Shown here: positions 1-14,160 of the stretch, piece after piece
Numbering within the stretch: the first letter of the stretch is position 1
Layout of the letters: every line of letters begins with the position of its first letter
Source: Hypanus sabinus
Taxonomy: Eukaryota
DNA: 64,000 nt
Direction: 5' to 3'
NCBI RefSeq assembly: GCF_030144855.1
Contig: NC_082715.1
Location: forward strand, 91,078,001 to 91,142,000
Notes under the pieces: generated by a model
Databases searched by the model: none
Told to the model about the DNA's origin: nothing
Seen by the model: only the letters and a program-made list of their open reading frames with translations
Position numbers and translations under genes: made by a program

Positions 1-789
1 TCCTCAGGGAATATTTCAACCAATAACCATGGGAAAGTTTTCACATAGTACACATTTAAACAAATGACTGATGGGCTTTTTAAAGTAAGCATGTTGATGT
101 GGATCAACGATGCATGAAAGTACAACATCAGACTCATCTGTATATATCACAAATTTAGGCCAAAGAGAAGCTTGTGCAAGCCCTCCGAGAACTCCCTCAC
201 CCAATACTGTCAGCAAAGTCACATCATGGGATATAAAAAAGATGATGATGAGATAAGGCAAGACAGTTCTCAAGAGGAAGGGCTAATTGTAGTCTTGCAA
301 TAGGCTTGTAACATCAATTTCATAGCAATAATATTTCTTTCATCATTAATTATTATACTGTCATCCAAATTTTTAGTGTCAATGGAAGCATGTGTCATTC
401 AGGAGTGAGAAACTAAGCACTGCTTGGACTGCCACCACCCATCATCCGCAGTGTCATTACAATTATTTTAAAAAATTAAATCCCATTTAATTTTTTTTAT
501 TGAATGCTTATAAAAGAACAGTGAAAACTATGGAAGAAACTGAAGAAAAATAACAGAACAATTCTATTGTGATTATATGTTTGTGGGAGACAATAATGTT
601 TCTATTTGACATAATTTATCAAAATAAATACATATTAATTATGCTCAGACATATAATCATGGCTGGAAACTATTTGAATAAAACCATGTAAAGTCACTGG
701 AACTACAACACAGGATCAGCCACTAGGTCCAACCTGGACCAATAGTAACTCACCATGTGATCGAAAAGTCCAAATCCCACTAACCTTTG

Positions 790-1730
790 CTCAACATAGA
801 AAATAGAATTGTAAAACACAGGGACAGGCCCTTTTGGCCAACAACGTTGTACTGAGATAATTAAAACAGTAATTAAGTAAATAACTAACTAATCTACTCC
901 CTGCTGCCCACACAATGACCATCTCCTTTCATTCTCCGCACTTGTATATGCCCATCTAGGAAACTTTGAAATGCATGTATTGTATTTGCCTCTACAACAA
1001 CCCCTGGCAGTGCATTAAAAGGCATTCACCGCTCTCTATATTTTAAAAAAATTACCCTGCACATCTCTTTTAAACTTAAATACTTACCATCTAGTATTAG
1101 ACATTTTGATTCCGGGTAAAAAAAAATACCAGATGTCTACTCTGTCTACGCCTCTCATAGTCTTGTAAACTTTTATCCCTCCGTAACTGCCACTCCAGAG
1201 GAAAAAACTCCCAAGTCTGACAGATCTTTCTTTATATTACATGTCCTTAAGGCCAGACGGTATTCTGGTAAACCTCTTCTGTACCTTCTCCAAAGCCTCT
1301 GATGGGGCAACCAGAACTCAATACAATATTCTGGATGCAGTCCAGCCATATTTTCATAAAGATGCAACATAACCTCTTGACTCTTGAAATCAGTGCCTTG
1401 ACTAATAAAGATAAGCATGTCATATACCTTGTTTACCACCTCATTGTCCTGTGTAGCCACTTTCAGGGAATTATGGATTAGGACCCCAAGTTCCCTCTGT
1501 ACATAAACACTGTTAAGGGTCTTGACATGAACAGTGTACAGTCTCTTTATATTTAATCTCCCAAAGTGCAGCCCCCTCACATTTAAGCAGATTAAACACC
1601 ATCTGCCATTTCTCAGTGCATATGTGCATCTCAGCTATGTCTTACTGTATTCTTCTGTAATCTCCAGAACTATCCATAACTCCAGCAATTTTTGTATTGT
1701 CAGACATTTGTAATCCACCCATCCACATTT
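790..1730 (-). mobile_element. CR1-type LINE 3' fragment
   Basis: ORF 1173-1580 resembles the CR1 ORF2 C-terminus (RELGVLIHNSLKV...LHPEYCIEFWLP), followed by the typical tail. Confidence 0.8.
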
Positions 1731-2179
1731 TCAGTTGGGATATATATCTATTTATTTTGTGACTATTAGACACTACACAATTCTTAGAGCAAGCTGTTAT
1801 AAAATAGAGCCATTTGCATGTGTTTGCATTCAAAAAGCAGCATTTTTTGTCACTGATAGTTGATGAGTAATAAGCAGCAAGACAATTCAGAACTATTTTA
1901 CCCACTGTGGTTTCAAGCATTCAAGCTTGGAGATGCCAGAAATGGCCAAGAGTAAAAATGAAACAATTTTACAACTTCAACAAATTAGGAACTATGAAGA
2001 GTTTGAAGCTATCAACAATCATCTTGAGTATTACATTGAAAATTAAGATTTGGAGGATACAATCATGCAACTTGTTTGAAGACAGTCCAGTATCTGCACT
2101 AGACATCTGTGCTGATTTTGTTCATTTACAGTCAATCAAAAGAACACAGACCACACACTGGGTGAATTCCATAAACACA

Positions 2180-2310
2180 AGAGATTCTACAGATGCTTAA
2201 AATCCAAAGTAAAACATACAAAATGCTGGAGGAACATAGCAGGTCAGGCAGCAAATACGGAAACGAATAAACAGTTGATGTTTCGGGCCAAAACCCTTTT
2301 TCAGCATTGG
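2180..2310 (-). mobile_element. Penelope-like terminal repeat with degenerate hammerhead
   Basis: Family motif acaaaatgctggaggaac..agcaggtcaggcagc...tttcgggccaaaaccc. Confidence 0.65.
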
Positions 2311-2319
2311 ATAATTTCT

Positions 2320-2558
2320 TCCATTGAAAACTATTAAGAACTAATACCCATTTCTAGGGTATAGTAGTAGTTTTGATAATGCTCTAATTAGTTCTCTATT
2401 TCATTTAAATATATAATTTTTACTTAGTTAAATGGTAGCTTGCCTTTTTATACCATTTTAACTATTTCCATGAAAATTTGGCTAATTGGGACAGCAATTT
2501 AATTGGGACAAAATGTTCTAGTCCTTGATGTGTCCAAATTAACCAAAATCTACCGTAT
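2320..2558. mobile_element. Tc1/mariner(pogo)-like MITE end
   Basis: Repeated TAATTGGGACA / TGTCCAAATTA subterminal motifs ending ...aatctaccg followed by TA. Confidence 0.4.
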
Positions 2559-2624
2559 ATTACAAACACCAAAGTATGATTGGTGCAGAGCTTAGCCAGA
2601 GCTTAGGAGGAGACAATGGTGCCT

Positions 2625-3385
2625 AATAATGACTCTTTTGCTTGCATCTTCGGAAACAGCTCTATTTCTGACTTCAATATTTCTATTTTTCCCTTTCAGG
2701 GTTCTTTTGAAGACCCTGACCTGGAGTTACATGCTGACATTGGTTCTTTGCAGGAATGGGACCCACTCTCAATATGCCAAAGACGCAGCCCAAGAGATTA
2801 GCTCAGCTTTGGAATTCTGGGATCTCGTGGCTCAGGAGGGGGGCAGACCAAAGGTTGGTGGCCCAGCAGGAAATTGGTGTGTCGTGGGAGATGGAAGATC
2901 CCTGGCTATGAGCCCAGATACCAGAGGTCTTTAGGCACAGAGCTCAGAAAAAGTGACGCAATGGACTTTGAACATCATAAGTCAGTGAGTTGTTTGTTAT
3001 GTCTCCCCTCTCGCTGTGAAATGGAGACACCTCTTTCTCCCGTATTAGGGAGAGAGGGAGCCTATGGTATGTCAAATACCTGATGAACAAGTAGTCCTTT
3101 GGGTACTGCAAGTCTGCCTTTGCTGTTGATTTGCTCACGCTTGAGTGCTCGGAGATGGATGCCGATGCTTTTTTTAAAACTGGTGGGGGAGGGGGATTGT
3201 CTCTTTGCTGCTGCTTACGTGTGGGAAGTGGGGAGCTGAGGGGGACTTTGGGGTTCTAATATTTAACTGTCATTCATTCTTTGGGGGTTATTTCTGTTTT
3301 TGTGGATGGTTGTGAAGCAAAAGCATTTCAGGATGTATATTGTATACATTACTCTGACATTAAAAGTACCTTTGAAACCTTTGAA
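2625..3385 (+). mobile_element. ~750-bp non-coding interspersed repeat (copy 1)
   Basis: Collinear with 22378-23141; ends in gacattaaa..cctttgaaacctttg tandem tail. Confidence 0.8.
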
Positions 3386-5174
3386 TGCCACTAGTCACAG
3401 ACTTCTAGCCAGGTTAGGTCACAATGACTATTATCTTCTGTCTCCTATGGGCAAACCAATTCTGAATCCAAATAGCCAAGTCACCATTTGGACCCAGGGA
3501 TACAGTGGGGCTCTGCTTGCTTTCAACCACCTCCGCCCCGTCTATAGGTTTATAGATTTTTCCTTAGCCATTGACCCGGAATTAAATTTCACAGCCTAAC
3601 AATACAGCATAAAACATAACACTTCTGTTTAGGTCTGTTTCTGTTCTCTTATTCTAGAGTATTATATCTTACCATTTGAAACCCCACAATGGTCAGAAAC
3701 AGCCTATCTCATTGGCACTATTACTTAACACAGTTCATTCACAGAATAAAGCTTAAGGGAGATGTTCAGAGCAGGTTTTCCACATAGAAAACTTTAGGTG
3801 CCCAGAATGAGTTAGCAGGAGTAGCAGTAGAATCAGAGAAGATAGGGATATTTCAAAGGCATTTAGACCGGCACACAAATGTGCAGAGAATAGAGAGATA
3901 CAAATCACATGCAGGCAGATAGGCTTAGTTCAACTAAGCATCATAATCAACATAGGCATAATAGATAAAGGGCCTGTTCTATATTCTAGAGTTCTCTTCA
4001 ACACATCGATCTGATGAAAAAGAACAATTATTTACTTCACTTACAGCTCTTCATAGCAAACAACATCTCAGTGTAGGGTCACTCAAACTAAGGCATGTGG
4101 CAATTCTTAAATAGCTGACCAAGCCTGATATTCATGCTCTAATATGTTATAGTGTATTAGTCCAAAGACATTATGTCTGCCGTCATTTCTTCTGGGATCT
4201 CCTATTATTTTGATAAGGAAATTGCAGAGGATGTGTTGAATGGACTTCTAATGCTGAGAGTGGATGAGCTGGAGGGGGGGTATCATAGATTTGTTGAGAG
4301 GAATTATATCTAAAGTAGGAGGAGATAAGAATGAATATCCAAACTTGTCTGTGGAGGGAGAGGTAGAGGGGGAGAATCAATCAGAAGGATGAGGTAGAGG
4401 TGAGAGAGATGAATGAAGGGTTGTAGAGAAAGGAAGAGTAAGTTTTTTAGGAGATGGCTGGCTGGGGAAGCAAGGTGAGGAATGGGTTGGAAACTATGTC
4501 AAAGAGATAGAGTTAAAGAAGATACATGTGGAAGAAAATATTTTCAGATTTGCTTATAAAATAGAAGGCCATTCCGCCAGCTCACAAAGTAATCTCATAC
4601 CACTATGAAAGTAATCCTGTAACTTATTTTATCCACATTCTCATTAGCTCCCTTCAGGTTCTGCCTCCCATCAACATCTCCACAAATGAAGCTATGTAAA
4701 ATGACCAATTAACCTACCTGCCACACATACATTTGGAATGAGGGAAGAAACCAGACATCTAGGGAAAATCAATGTGGTCAGAAGAGAACACACAGATTGG
4801 AGGCAGAACTGAACCCAGCTTACTGAAGCAGTGAGACAGTAGCACCTGCAGCTCTGACACAGAAAACTATGATTCCGTGAAGGCTCAGGCCAGATCAGGC
4901 ACCAACAGACAGTGGGAAATGGCCTCAACTCAGTGATTAACACCTGCTTCACTGTTTGGAGCCCATAATGATCACAGTCCTTCTTTGCACAGTGCAACTT
5001 AATGCAAATGATGCTTAATGTGCATTGTACATTGCAGCCTAAGCTGCATGCATCAAACAGCTTTTGTTTACCAGCAGACAGTGGACATAGACATGTTGGT
5101 AACAACCTCAAAGTGGATTTTTCATCTGAAAATGGCCTTCCTAACTCAAAAGTTTTGCCATGCTTATCCTAATG

Positions 5175-5330
5175 TAAGACACAAAAATGCTGGAGGAACT
5201 CAACAGGTCAGGCACCATCAATAGAGGGGAATAACCATCAACATTTCGGCCAAGTCCCTTCATCAGGACTGAAATGGAAGGGAGAAGAAGCCAGAATAAG
5301 AAGGTAGAGGGGAAGAGTAGGAGAATCCTA
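5175..5330 (-). mobile_element. Penelope-like terminal repeat with hammerhead core
   Basis: Minus strand 5271-5235: cagtcCTGATGAagggacttggccGAAAtgttgatgg. Confidence 0.7.
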
Positions 5331-5914
5331 ATGTATCTGGGTTGCATATTGCTTTAAGAAGTAAAGCCTTAGAAGAAGTCTATGAAGAAATCCTTAGGAG
5401 CTTTATATCCCACATCACCAGCAGCAAATATTATCCTTCAACCAACAGATTCATGAAGTAGTGTGGATAATTTAACTTGCCTCAACACTGAACTGATTCC
5501 CCAACCTATTGTCTCACTTTCAAGGATTCTACAACTCACGTTCTCAGGATTATCTATCTATTGATTATTAGGTTTTTTGTATTTGCAGTTTGTCTTCTTT
5601 TGCGCATTAGTTGCTTGTTCTTTTTGTTTGTGTGTAGTTTTTCATTGATTCTGTTGTATTTCTTTGTTCTACTATGAATGCCTACAAGACAATGAATCTC
5701 AGTGTAGTGTATGGTGATGTGTACTTTGATAATAAATTTACTTTGAACTTAGAAGTCATAATTAAACAGGCTCCTTCGGCCCACTGAGTCTATACTGATG
5801 ACCATTTGCACTAATCCTACATTAATCTCATTTTTATTCTGCCCACATTCCTCTGGCAATAATTCATGATTAAACCTAAATTCTGTATGCTAATCCAGTT
5901 GAGGCATTGCATTG

Positions 5915-6115
5915 CTGTTCCTCCCCACACCTTGTAGAACATTGGGCAGTAATCTTTGCTGTTTCCTTACTATTTTTCCATTTTTTTTTATGAGGCTGAA
6001 TTGCTAGTTTGACACAACTCGGCATGGATGGCAAGCATGCAAAGAGCCAGCCAGATTCAAACCTGAGACCACTCGCCTCAAAGTCCGGTGTGGAAGCCTC
6101 TACACAACTGGCCAG
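5915..6115 (-). mobile_element. tRNA-derived SINE
   Basis: tRNA-like head on minus strand (ggtttgaatc B-box-like); homologous to 62930-63134. Confidence 0.6.
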
Positions 6116-7632
6116 CAAGGCATTGCATTAGTGTCCCATTAATAGGTATTTCAATCCACCCCACTCCATCCTCACATCCAGCTGCTCTTATATTTGGAGC
6201 AAAATTACTGTTTACAATTACATTTTTTAATTGTAAACCATCAAACTTACTGATGTTGTATTCCTTGTGCCACATGACACCATATTTCCTAGCAACAGCT
6301 CTACATTGTTTCCTTTTGCCTGTTCAAGAATTAATGTAGACCTAGATTCCTTGCCCAAGTCACGAGTTCAAACTTTAGCATGACAGTTGGGACAATAGAA
6401 ACAAGTTGTTATCTAAAACAGGAATTAAAAAATAATTCTCAATAATTTCCTATATTTTCTTCTGACATATAAAAAATATTCAGCCAATCAGATCCATTCC
6501 AACACTCTCTAAATTCAGATTAACTGCCATTAACAAGCAGTTAAACGAAAAACCTAAATAAAGACAGATGATGCCTCATATTCAACTTAAACACCTTGAA
6601 GTGATATTAAATCCATTTCTGATCCTGAAAAAGCCTTCATCATTCTCCCTTAGCCACATTATTCTGTGCTAATCACCTTCTCTTGATTTTCACCAGCCAT
6701 GAACATTCAACCCTCTCTTCAATCCTCCAATTCTCAGCAAGTACATGCCTAATTTATGTTCAAATGTCATGGATCTGAAATGGTGAATCTGTTTTTCTAT
6801 CTTTATAGATGTTACGCGACCTGTTGAGGCATCTTCTGTTTTTATTTAGAATTCTTGGTTCATCAGTTTCTTGGACCATGGTGATAATCTGCTCATAAAC
6901 TCTTTGCATGTCTCTTAACCATACAAAACAGAAATGGGCCCTTCCCTCATTCTCCTATGTCCTGATCTTCTCAATCCCTTGAATCCTAGCAACAACCTTG
7001 TAAATCTCATCTGTATTATTTCCATCATAATGGCATCATTCCCATGGTAGTGTGACAAACCTGTCATACATTGTCCACAGATGGTAATTTGGTTTTTATT
7101 GTCACATGTACTGAGGCATAGTGAAAAACCTGTCTTATATACGACTCACAATTTAATTTATTGCAACCAGTGCATTGAGGTAGTACAAGCCAAAACAATG
7201 ACAGAGTGCAGAATGAAGTGTTACAGTTACTGAGAAAGTGCAGTGTGGATAGGCTGAAAGTTGCAAGGTCATTCTGAGGTAGATTATGAGGTCAAGAGTC
7301 CATCTTATCTTACCAGGGAACAGTTAAATAGTCTTATAACAGCGGGACAGAAACTGTCTTTGAGTCAGTTGGTACATTCTTTCAGGCTTTTGTATCTTCT
7401 GCCTAATTGGAGAAGAGAAGAGAGAATGTCCAAGGTGGGTGGGATTGTAGATGATGCTGGAAGCATTACTGAGGCTCCATTGCAGTCAGTCAGGAGCTGC
7501 AGCGTGACATATCCCTGAACCTGGGACCCTTGAAGTGCTAATTTCACACTTAGCACGAATGGTTACCTTTATACTCTGAATAAGGACTAACTCTACTACA
7601 ATTTATAGTTCCAGCTTTTAATGTTATTTCAC

Positions 7633-7656
7633 TGAATGAATGAATGAATGAATGAA
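7633..7656 (+). repeat. (TGAA)6 microsatellite
   Basis: Direct read. Confidence 0.95.
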
Positions 7657-8229
7657 AGGTACATATGCCTATTGCTACACACCAATCTTCCACCTTACTG
7701 AAGCTCTCTGATTCATAAAGCCCAGATTCTGAGACTGCTGCACTCCAAAATTCATTGTAGAAAACCACACTGAGGTTTCTCTGTGTCTTTTTTTTAAATC
7801 CACTCAGAGAGTTCTCATCCAAACAGCTGTACATAGTTGACTTCAATGATGTGGTTACAATTATAATCACAAGCGGAGGCCACCATGAAAATCATCTTGT
7901 TTACCTGCTCAGCTCTAACTGCAAGCTTCAGCAATTTAAGGTTTGCAGAAATTTGATTAAAAATAATGCTAGCTTTGACTATTAACTTTGGATGAACTTA
8001 GGGAAATAATAAATACCTACACTTTCTTTACCTTAATCATTAAAGCCCACACACTAGGATTGCTGTAGTAAAACACTCCTAAATTGAAAACTTCATATCC
8101 ATGTATCAAGAGCTCATAGAAAACTGACTAGAATGGCAGGAGTGCACCACAGAAAGCAATGAGTTTGTTGGTACCTATTGCATGGAATGTAGTAAAAGGT
8201 TAAAGGAAATGCAACATAAATGCATAAAG

Positions 8230-9180
8230 TGTGTGAAGTTACCATAACTAGAGAGTAGATTCTTGAGAAACTGAAAGGTCTGAAGGTAGATAAGACACCT
8301 GGGCCAGATGGTGTACACCACAGAGTTCTGAAAGCAGTGGCTGAAAAGATCATGGAAGCATTAATAATGATATTTCAAGAATCACTATATTCTGGAATGA
8401 TTCTGGAAGGCTGGAAAATTGCAAATATCCCTCCACTCTTCAAGAATGTAGAGAGGAAGAAGAAAAGAAACCATAGGCCAGTTAGTCAGTTCTCAGTGGC
8501 TGAGAAGATGTTGGAGTTGATTATTGAGCATGAAGTCTTAGGGTACTTGGAGATACATGATAAAATTGGCCACAGTCAGTATGGTTTCCTTGAGGGACAA
8601 TCTTACCTGACAAATCTGTTGGAATTCTTTGAAGAAGTGACAAGCAGGATATACAAAAGGTTGATGTTGTGTACTTGATTTGCAGAAGGCTTTAATAAGG
8701 TGCTACACATGAGGCTGCTTAACAAGCTATGAGCCCATGGTATTAAAGGACAGATTTTAGCATGGATAAAGCAGTGGCTGATTGGCAGGAAACAAAGAGT
8801 GGAAATGAAGCCTTTTCCAACTTGCTGTCGATGACCAGTGATGTTCCACAGGGGTCTGCGTTGGGACCGATTCTTTTTATGCTATATGTCAATGATTTGG
8901 ATGATGGAATTGATGGCTTTGTTGCAAAGTTTGTAGATGATATGAAAATAGGTGGAGAGACTGGTAGTTTTGTGGAAGTAGAGAGGCTAAAGAAGAGCTC
9001 AGACAGATTAGGAGAATGGGCAATTGAATGACAGATGAAATACAGTGTTGGGAAGTGTATGGTCATGCACTTTGATAGAGGAAATGAAATGTTTACTATT
9101 TTCTAAATGGAGAGAAAATACAAAAAAACTGAGAAGCAAAGGGACTTCAGTCATTGTGCAGGATTCCCTAAAGGTATCCT
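8230..9180 (+). mobile_element. CR1-type LINE ORF2 (RT) fragment
   Basis: WKIANIPPLFK, QYGF...SYLTNLLEFFEEVT, VPQGSALGPILF, KFVDD motifs; frameshifts and stops. Confidence 0.9.
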
Positions 9181-10150
9181 GAGATCACAACCCTGGAGAT
9201 CCTGTCCTTTTACTTAGACTCTGATACCCCCCCCCCCCCCACCCCCAAAACTTCACTGTGCAGAACCGCATCATTCGTCCTACCCATATCATTGGTATCT
9301 ACATGGACCATGACTTCTCGCTGTTCACCCTCCTGCTTAAGAATGCAGAGGACTCAATCTGAGCTGACCCGGATCCTGGTTCCCAGAAGGCAACATACCA
9401 TCAGGGAATTGCATTCTTGCCCACAGAACCTCCTGTCCATTCCTCTAACGAATCCCCTATCATCACAGTGTGCCTCTTCTTCCCCTTCCCCACTTCCCTT
9501 CTGAGTCACAGAGCCAGACTCAGTGCTAGAGACTCAACTACTGTGATTTTCCTCTGTTTGTCAAACCAGAGTATCCAAAGTGATATGCCTGTTGTTGAGG
9601 GGGATGGCCACAGGGGTACTCTGCACAGATTCCTTAACCCTTTTCTCCTTCCTGACTGTCACCCAGTCTCCTCTGTCCTGCACCTTGGATGTAATACCTC
9701 TCTGTAAGTCTTATCTATCACATCCTCAGCCTTCTGAATGCTCCAGAGATCACACAGTTCCAGGTCCAGCTCCTTAATATGGATCGTTAGAAGCTACAGC
9801 TAGATGCACTTCTCACAGTTGTAGTCGTCAGAGACACTGTAGGTCTCCATTCCCACATCCAGCAAGAGGAACATTCAACTATCCTGCCTGGCATCTAGAT
9901 TAGCAGATATAAAGAAGGGAAAGAAAAAGAAACTTAACCTTGAGCTTTTCTTTTCTTTGATTTCTCTGACTGAAGCCTCTCTTCACTGAAGTCTCGAAGA
10001 GCTAAAACACCACTCTGACGGTGGCTGATGCGCTTTCCACTGCCTTCTTTTAATTTGCTCTTGCTAATCAATTCCAAACGCCTATTGGTTGCTGCGCAAA
10101 GTTCTTCTCACTGTAATGACCTACTGCTGGCTTTTCTATTCATGCAGTGG
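9180..10150 (-). mobile_element. CR1-type LINE 5'UTR/ORF1 (esterase-type) fragment
   Basis: Minus strand carries remnants of the ORF1 Cys-rich N-terminus and the VHVDTNDMGR (HxGTND-like) esterase block. Confidence 0.65.
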
Positions 10151-10879
10151 ACCTCAGTGAAATCTCCTCTGTAACATTTGTGATATCAATGACACGAAGA
10201 TCCAACAAGTTCAACAACAAAAGCTGGCCATAATGATGTGGTTCTTTGGTTCCAATTATTTCAGGGAATTGCTTGATTAGACCATGCAACAATCTTCTCA
10301 TTTTAGGTCAGAGGCGCGTGCCTTTCAGGATGACTTTACCAGGATAACAGTGCTGGATTCAATGTTACCATTCAATGATGAGGCTCTGCAGCTTCTCTTA
10401 TGTTTTTCCAAATGGGCAAGTGCACAGTTTTGCTTCGGCTCAGGACTTGGGTATTTGCCAGACACTGAGGGCAGGGGATTTTCTTTCATTTCTGAGCCAG
10501 ATGAGCCATTTCAGCAATCTGCTTATTTCAGGATCATCACTAATGATACTAGGATCACCTAAATAATTCAATTTAAACTCCACATCTGTTATGGCAGATC
10601 GGAATATAAAACTTTAGATAATTGGTCAAAAGTCATGGATTGCTCATCCAGTGACATATAGATGGTGTTTGGACAAGCTAAGACCATCATAAAGTGGCAA
10701 GCAAAGCTTTTGATAAGCTTGCCTAATATGAAATTCAGAAATACTTCTCAGTGAGTGGTACAGATATTATGGTGCAGCATATTTGATGGAACAGTCATAC
10801 TTGTTGAAACTGAAGATTCCCAAAATAAAGTTTACATTTCCACCTTCTTACAAGGAAGGACCTACTTGTAGCCTTACAG

Positions 10880-11480
10880 TGCATTATGGTGTATGACTCC
10901 CCAGGGCCTGACGTTTGTGGGAGACCAGAGAGAAAATTGCCACTGCGTTGCAGATACTTGCCTCATCGTTAGCCACTAGTGAAATGCCCAAAGACTGGAA
11001 GGTGACTAATGTTGTTTCATTAATTGAGAAGGGCAGCAAGGACAAGCCCAGGAACTACAGGCCAGTCAGATGGACATCAGAAGTGAGGAAATTACTGGAG
11101 GGAATTCTGAGGGACAGTATTTGGATAAACAGTGTCTGATTAGGATGCATGGCTTTGCTTGTGGAAATTCGTATTGGATGAGCTTGTTTGAGTAGAAGTA
11201 ACCAAAAAGGTAGATGAGTGTAGAGTAGTAGATTTTGTCTGGACTTTAGGAAGGCCTTCTACATCGGTGACTGGTCTGAAAATTTAAGTGTCACAGAAGT
11301 GAGAAGGAAGCAAATTAGATGGATCTAAAATTGGCAGAGAGTGGTGGTTTCTCAGAATGAAGGCTGATGATGTGGTATGCCTGGGGTCAGCATTAGGACT
11401 CTTGTTATTTCTTAGTCATATTAAATCATTTGGATGCAACTGCACTAGGCTGATCAGTAAGTTTACAGATGTCCCAGATA
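10880..11480 (+). mobile_element. CR1-type LINE RT fragment
   Basis: PKDWKVTNVVSLIEKGSKDKPRNYRPV; GSALGLLLF; ISKFTD. Confidence 0.85.
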
Positions 11481-11749
11481 GTGAGGACCTTAATGATGAA
11501 TACCACCTTCTTGAGACATTGCTTCCTGAGGATCTCTTCGATGGTGGGGAAGTTGCGTCCATGATGGGGCTCGCTAAGTAAATAACCCGATGCAGCCTCC
11601 ATACCAGTCCATGATGCAACTGTCAGAATGATCTAAGCTTTACATCTGTGGAAATTTGTACGAGTTTTTTGTCAAAGTAGGTCTGCTGGCATTCATGATT
11701 GCATCTATGTGTGGGTCTGAAGATAAATTCTCTAAGATGTTAAATCACA

Positions 11750-12365
11750 CGACATTGAAGCAGAATTAGGCCATTCAGCCCATCGAGTCTGCTCCACCAT
11801 TCCATCATGGCTGATCCCAGATCCCGCTCAACCCCATACACCTGCCTTCTCGCCATATCCTTTGATGCCCTGACCGGTCAGGAAATGACCAACTTCTGCC
11901 TTAAATATACGCATGAACTTGGGCTCCACTGCAGTCTGTGGCAGAACATTACACACATTTACTGCTCTCTGGCTAAAATAATTCTTCCTTACCACTATTC
12001 TAAAAGGTCGCCTCTCAATTTTGAGGTTGCGCCCTCTAGTTCTGGATACCCCCACCATAGGAAACATCCTTTTCACATCCACGCTATCTAGTCCTTTCAA
12101 CATTTGGTAGGTTTCAATGGGATTCCCACGCATTCTTCTAAATTCCAGTGAGTACAGGCGCAAAGCTGCCAAACACTCCTCATATGTTAACCCCTTCGTT
12201 CCCAGAACCATCTTCAAGAACCTCCTCTGGACTCTCTTCACTGACAATACATCCTTTCTGAGATATGGGGTCCAAAACTGGTGACAAAATTCCAAGTGCA
12301 GCCTGACTTGTGTCTTATAAACACTCAACATTATCTCCTTGCTTTTGTATTCCTTTCCCCTTGAA
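11750..12365 (-). mobile_element. CR1-type LINE 3' end
   Basis: ORF 11828-12472: VRLHLEFCHQFWTPYLRKD...YEECLAALRLYSLEFRRMRG...FSQRAVNVCNVLP. Confidence 0.9.
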
Positions 12366-13189
12366 ATAAATGTAGATGCCCAGGAACATGAAGCTGCTCT
12401 CCCTTTCCACCCTTGACTCCGCAATGTGGACTGGTGTGTGTTTTCTCCTGACATCCCCTTCCTGAAGTCCACAATCAGTTTGTTGGTCTTGCTGATGTTG
12501 AATGCAAGGTTGCTGTAGCAACAACATTCAACCAGCCAACCTATCTTGCTCCAGCAAGCCTCCTTATCACCACCTGAGAATCTACCAACAGTAGTGTCAT
12601 TGGCAAATATAATTGATGGGATTTGAGCTTTGTTTGACCACAGAAATCAGTACAGGAAAAATAAAACAGTGGATTCTGCATGCAGGAAACTGAAACTAGC
12701 TGTGTGGCACAGTGCTCAGCAAGGACCTGTTGGGTCAAAGGGCCAAAATCCCTGATGTATTGCTCCACGATTCCATGACTCATATTTTAAAGAAAGATGC
12801 AGCATCTTGCAGTGCTGCCTCCTCAATCCTTTTGCATTTTATTTTTAACCAACATCAAGGGAACGGACACAGATTGAGCTGTAATCCTCTGCTGCCCGCC
12901 CACAAATCAACAGAGAATTAATTAGCTTTGAAGTGCTCTTGGACATCCGCAGGTAGAAACAGGCACCATGTGAATTTGAGTGCTTTCTTTCCAAAACTTT
13001 TCAAATCAGAATGATATTCAAAGGAAGTTTGACTAATTAAGCATGAAATAATCATAAGTCAGGATGAGGAGAGAGTAGTCAGAAATGCCCCACATCAATT
13101 TAAACTTGAACAGATGTGAGAAGGGGACAAATGATGGATGCGATGTACAACGAGTTGGAAATAAAATGACCAAGCTCCACAACATGATG

Positions 13190-13620
13190 CTTAATGGTCA
13201 TCTATAATAATGATCTGGATGAGGATGTACAAGGCACAGTTAGTAAGTTTGCAGATGACATGATAATACTGTCGTTGACAGTAAAGATGGTTATCAGGAT
13301 TTACAGAACGATATTGATCAGCTGGATAAGTAGGCTGAGGAATAGCAGATGGAGTTTAATTCAAATAAGTGTGAGATGTTACATTGTGGGAAGACAAACA
13401 ACGGTAAGATTTCCACAGTGAATTGCAGGGCTCTGGGGAGTGTTGTTGTAAAACAGAGAAACATAGGTGTACATTTACCTGGTTCTGTGAAAGTGGTGTT
13501 GCAGCTGGACAGGACGGAGAGGAAAGGTTTTGGCACCCTCGCCTTTTTCATTCAGGGCACTAAGCATAGAAATCAAAATGTCATGTTACTGTCGTCCAAA
13601 GCATTGGTGAAGCCGCATCA
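13190..13620 (+). mobile_element. CR1-type LINE RT fragment
   Basis: YNNDLD...VSKFADD; MEFNSNKCEMLHCG. Confidence 0.85.
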
Positions 13621-14160
13621 AGTTCAAGTTGAAGTTCAATTTCAAGTTTAATGCTATTCAACATTTCACATGTATACAGCTAAACAAAACAATGTTCACA
13701 AGGTGCAAAATATTGTAAATATATCACATACAGCACATAATATTAATTGATAAAACATCAGTAGATGTGCAGGGCGACTTAAAGTGCATACGACATATAG
13801 CTAAACATACAGCAGTATAATGCTACTGGCAATGTCATAAATAATGTATACTGGGTGCTAGCAAAGTGTTCAGAAGTCTCAGTCTGCGGTAAGAAGCTGT
13901 TATCCAGCCTAACCGTCCTTGTTCTTGTACTACAATACCTCTAGCCTGACGGTATGAGGTCAGAGATTGTGGGATCAGTGAGACTGGTTCCTGACAATGC
14001 TGAGGGCTCTGAAAACAGAGCTTCTGGTATATCTCCTGGATGGGGGGAGGAGGTGGGGAGGGAAAGAGACCCTGATGATTCTCTCAGCAGCCTTCACAAT
14101 CCAATGCAGGGTCTTGTGAGCAGGTGCCTTGCATTTCCATACCAGGCAGACATTCTTGAC
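13620..14160 (-). mobile_element. Rex1/Babar LINE 3' fragment
   Basis: LHWIVKAAERII...RALSIV C-terminal motif; tandem ttcaag tail at 13620-13650. Confidence 0.7.

Noticed and set aside
16-303. Short ORFs on both strands at window start
   Set aside because: No recognisable homology; no LIN28 cold-shock or CCHC sequence is visible in this window.
7879-7956. Plus-strand GCCACCATG with 23-codon ORF
   Set aside because: No promoter or splice context; likely chance.
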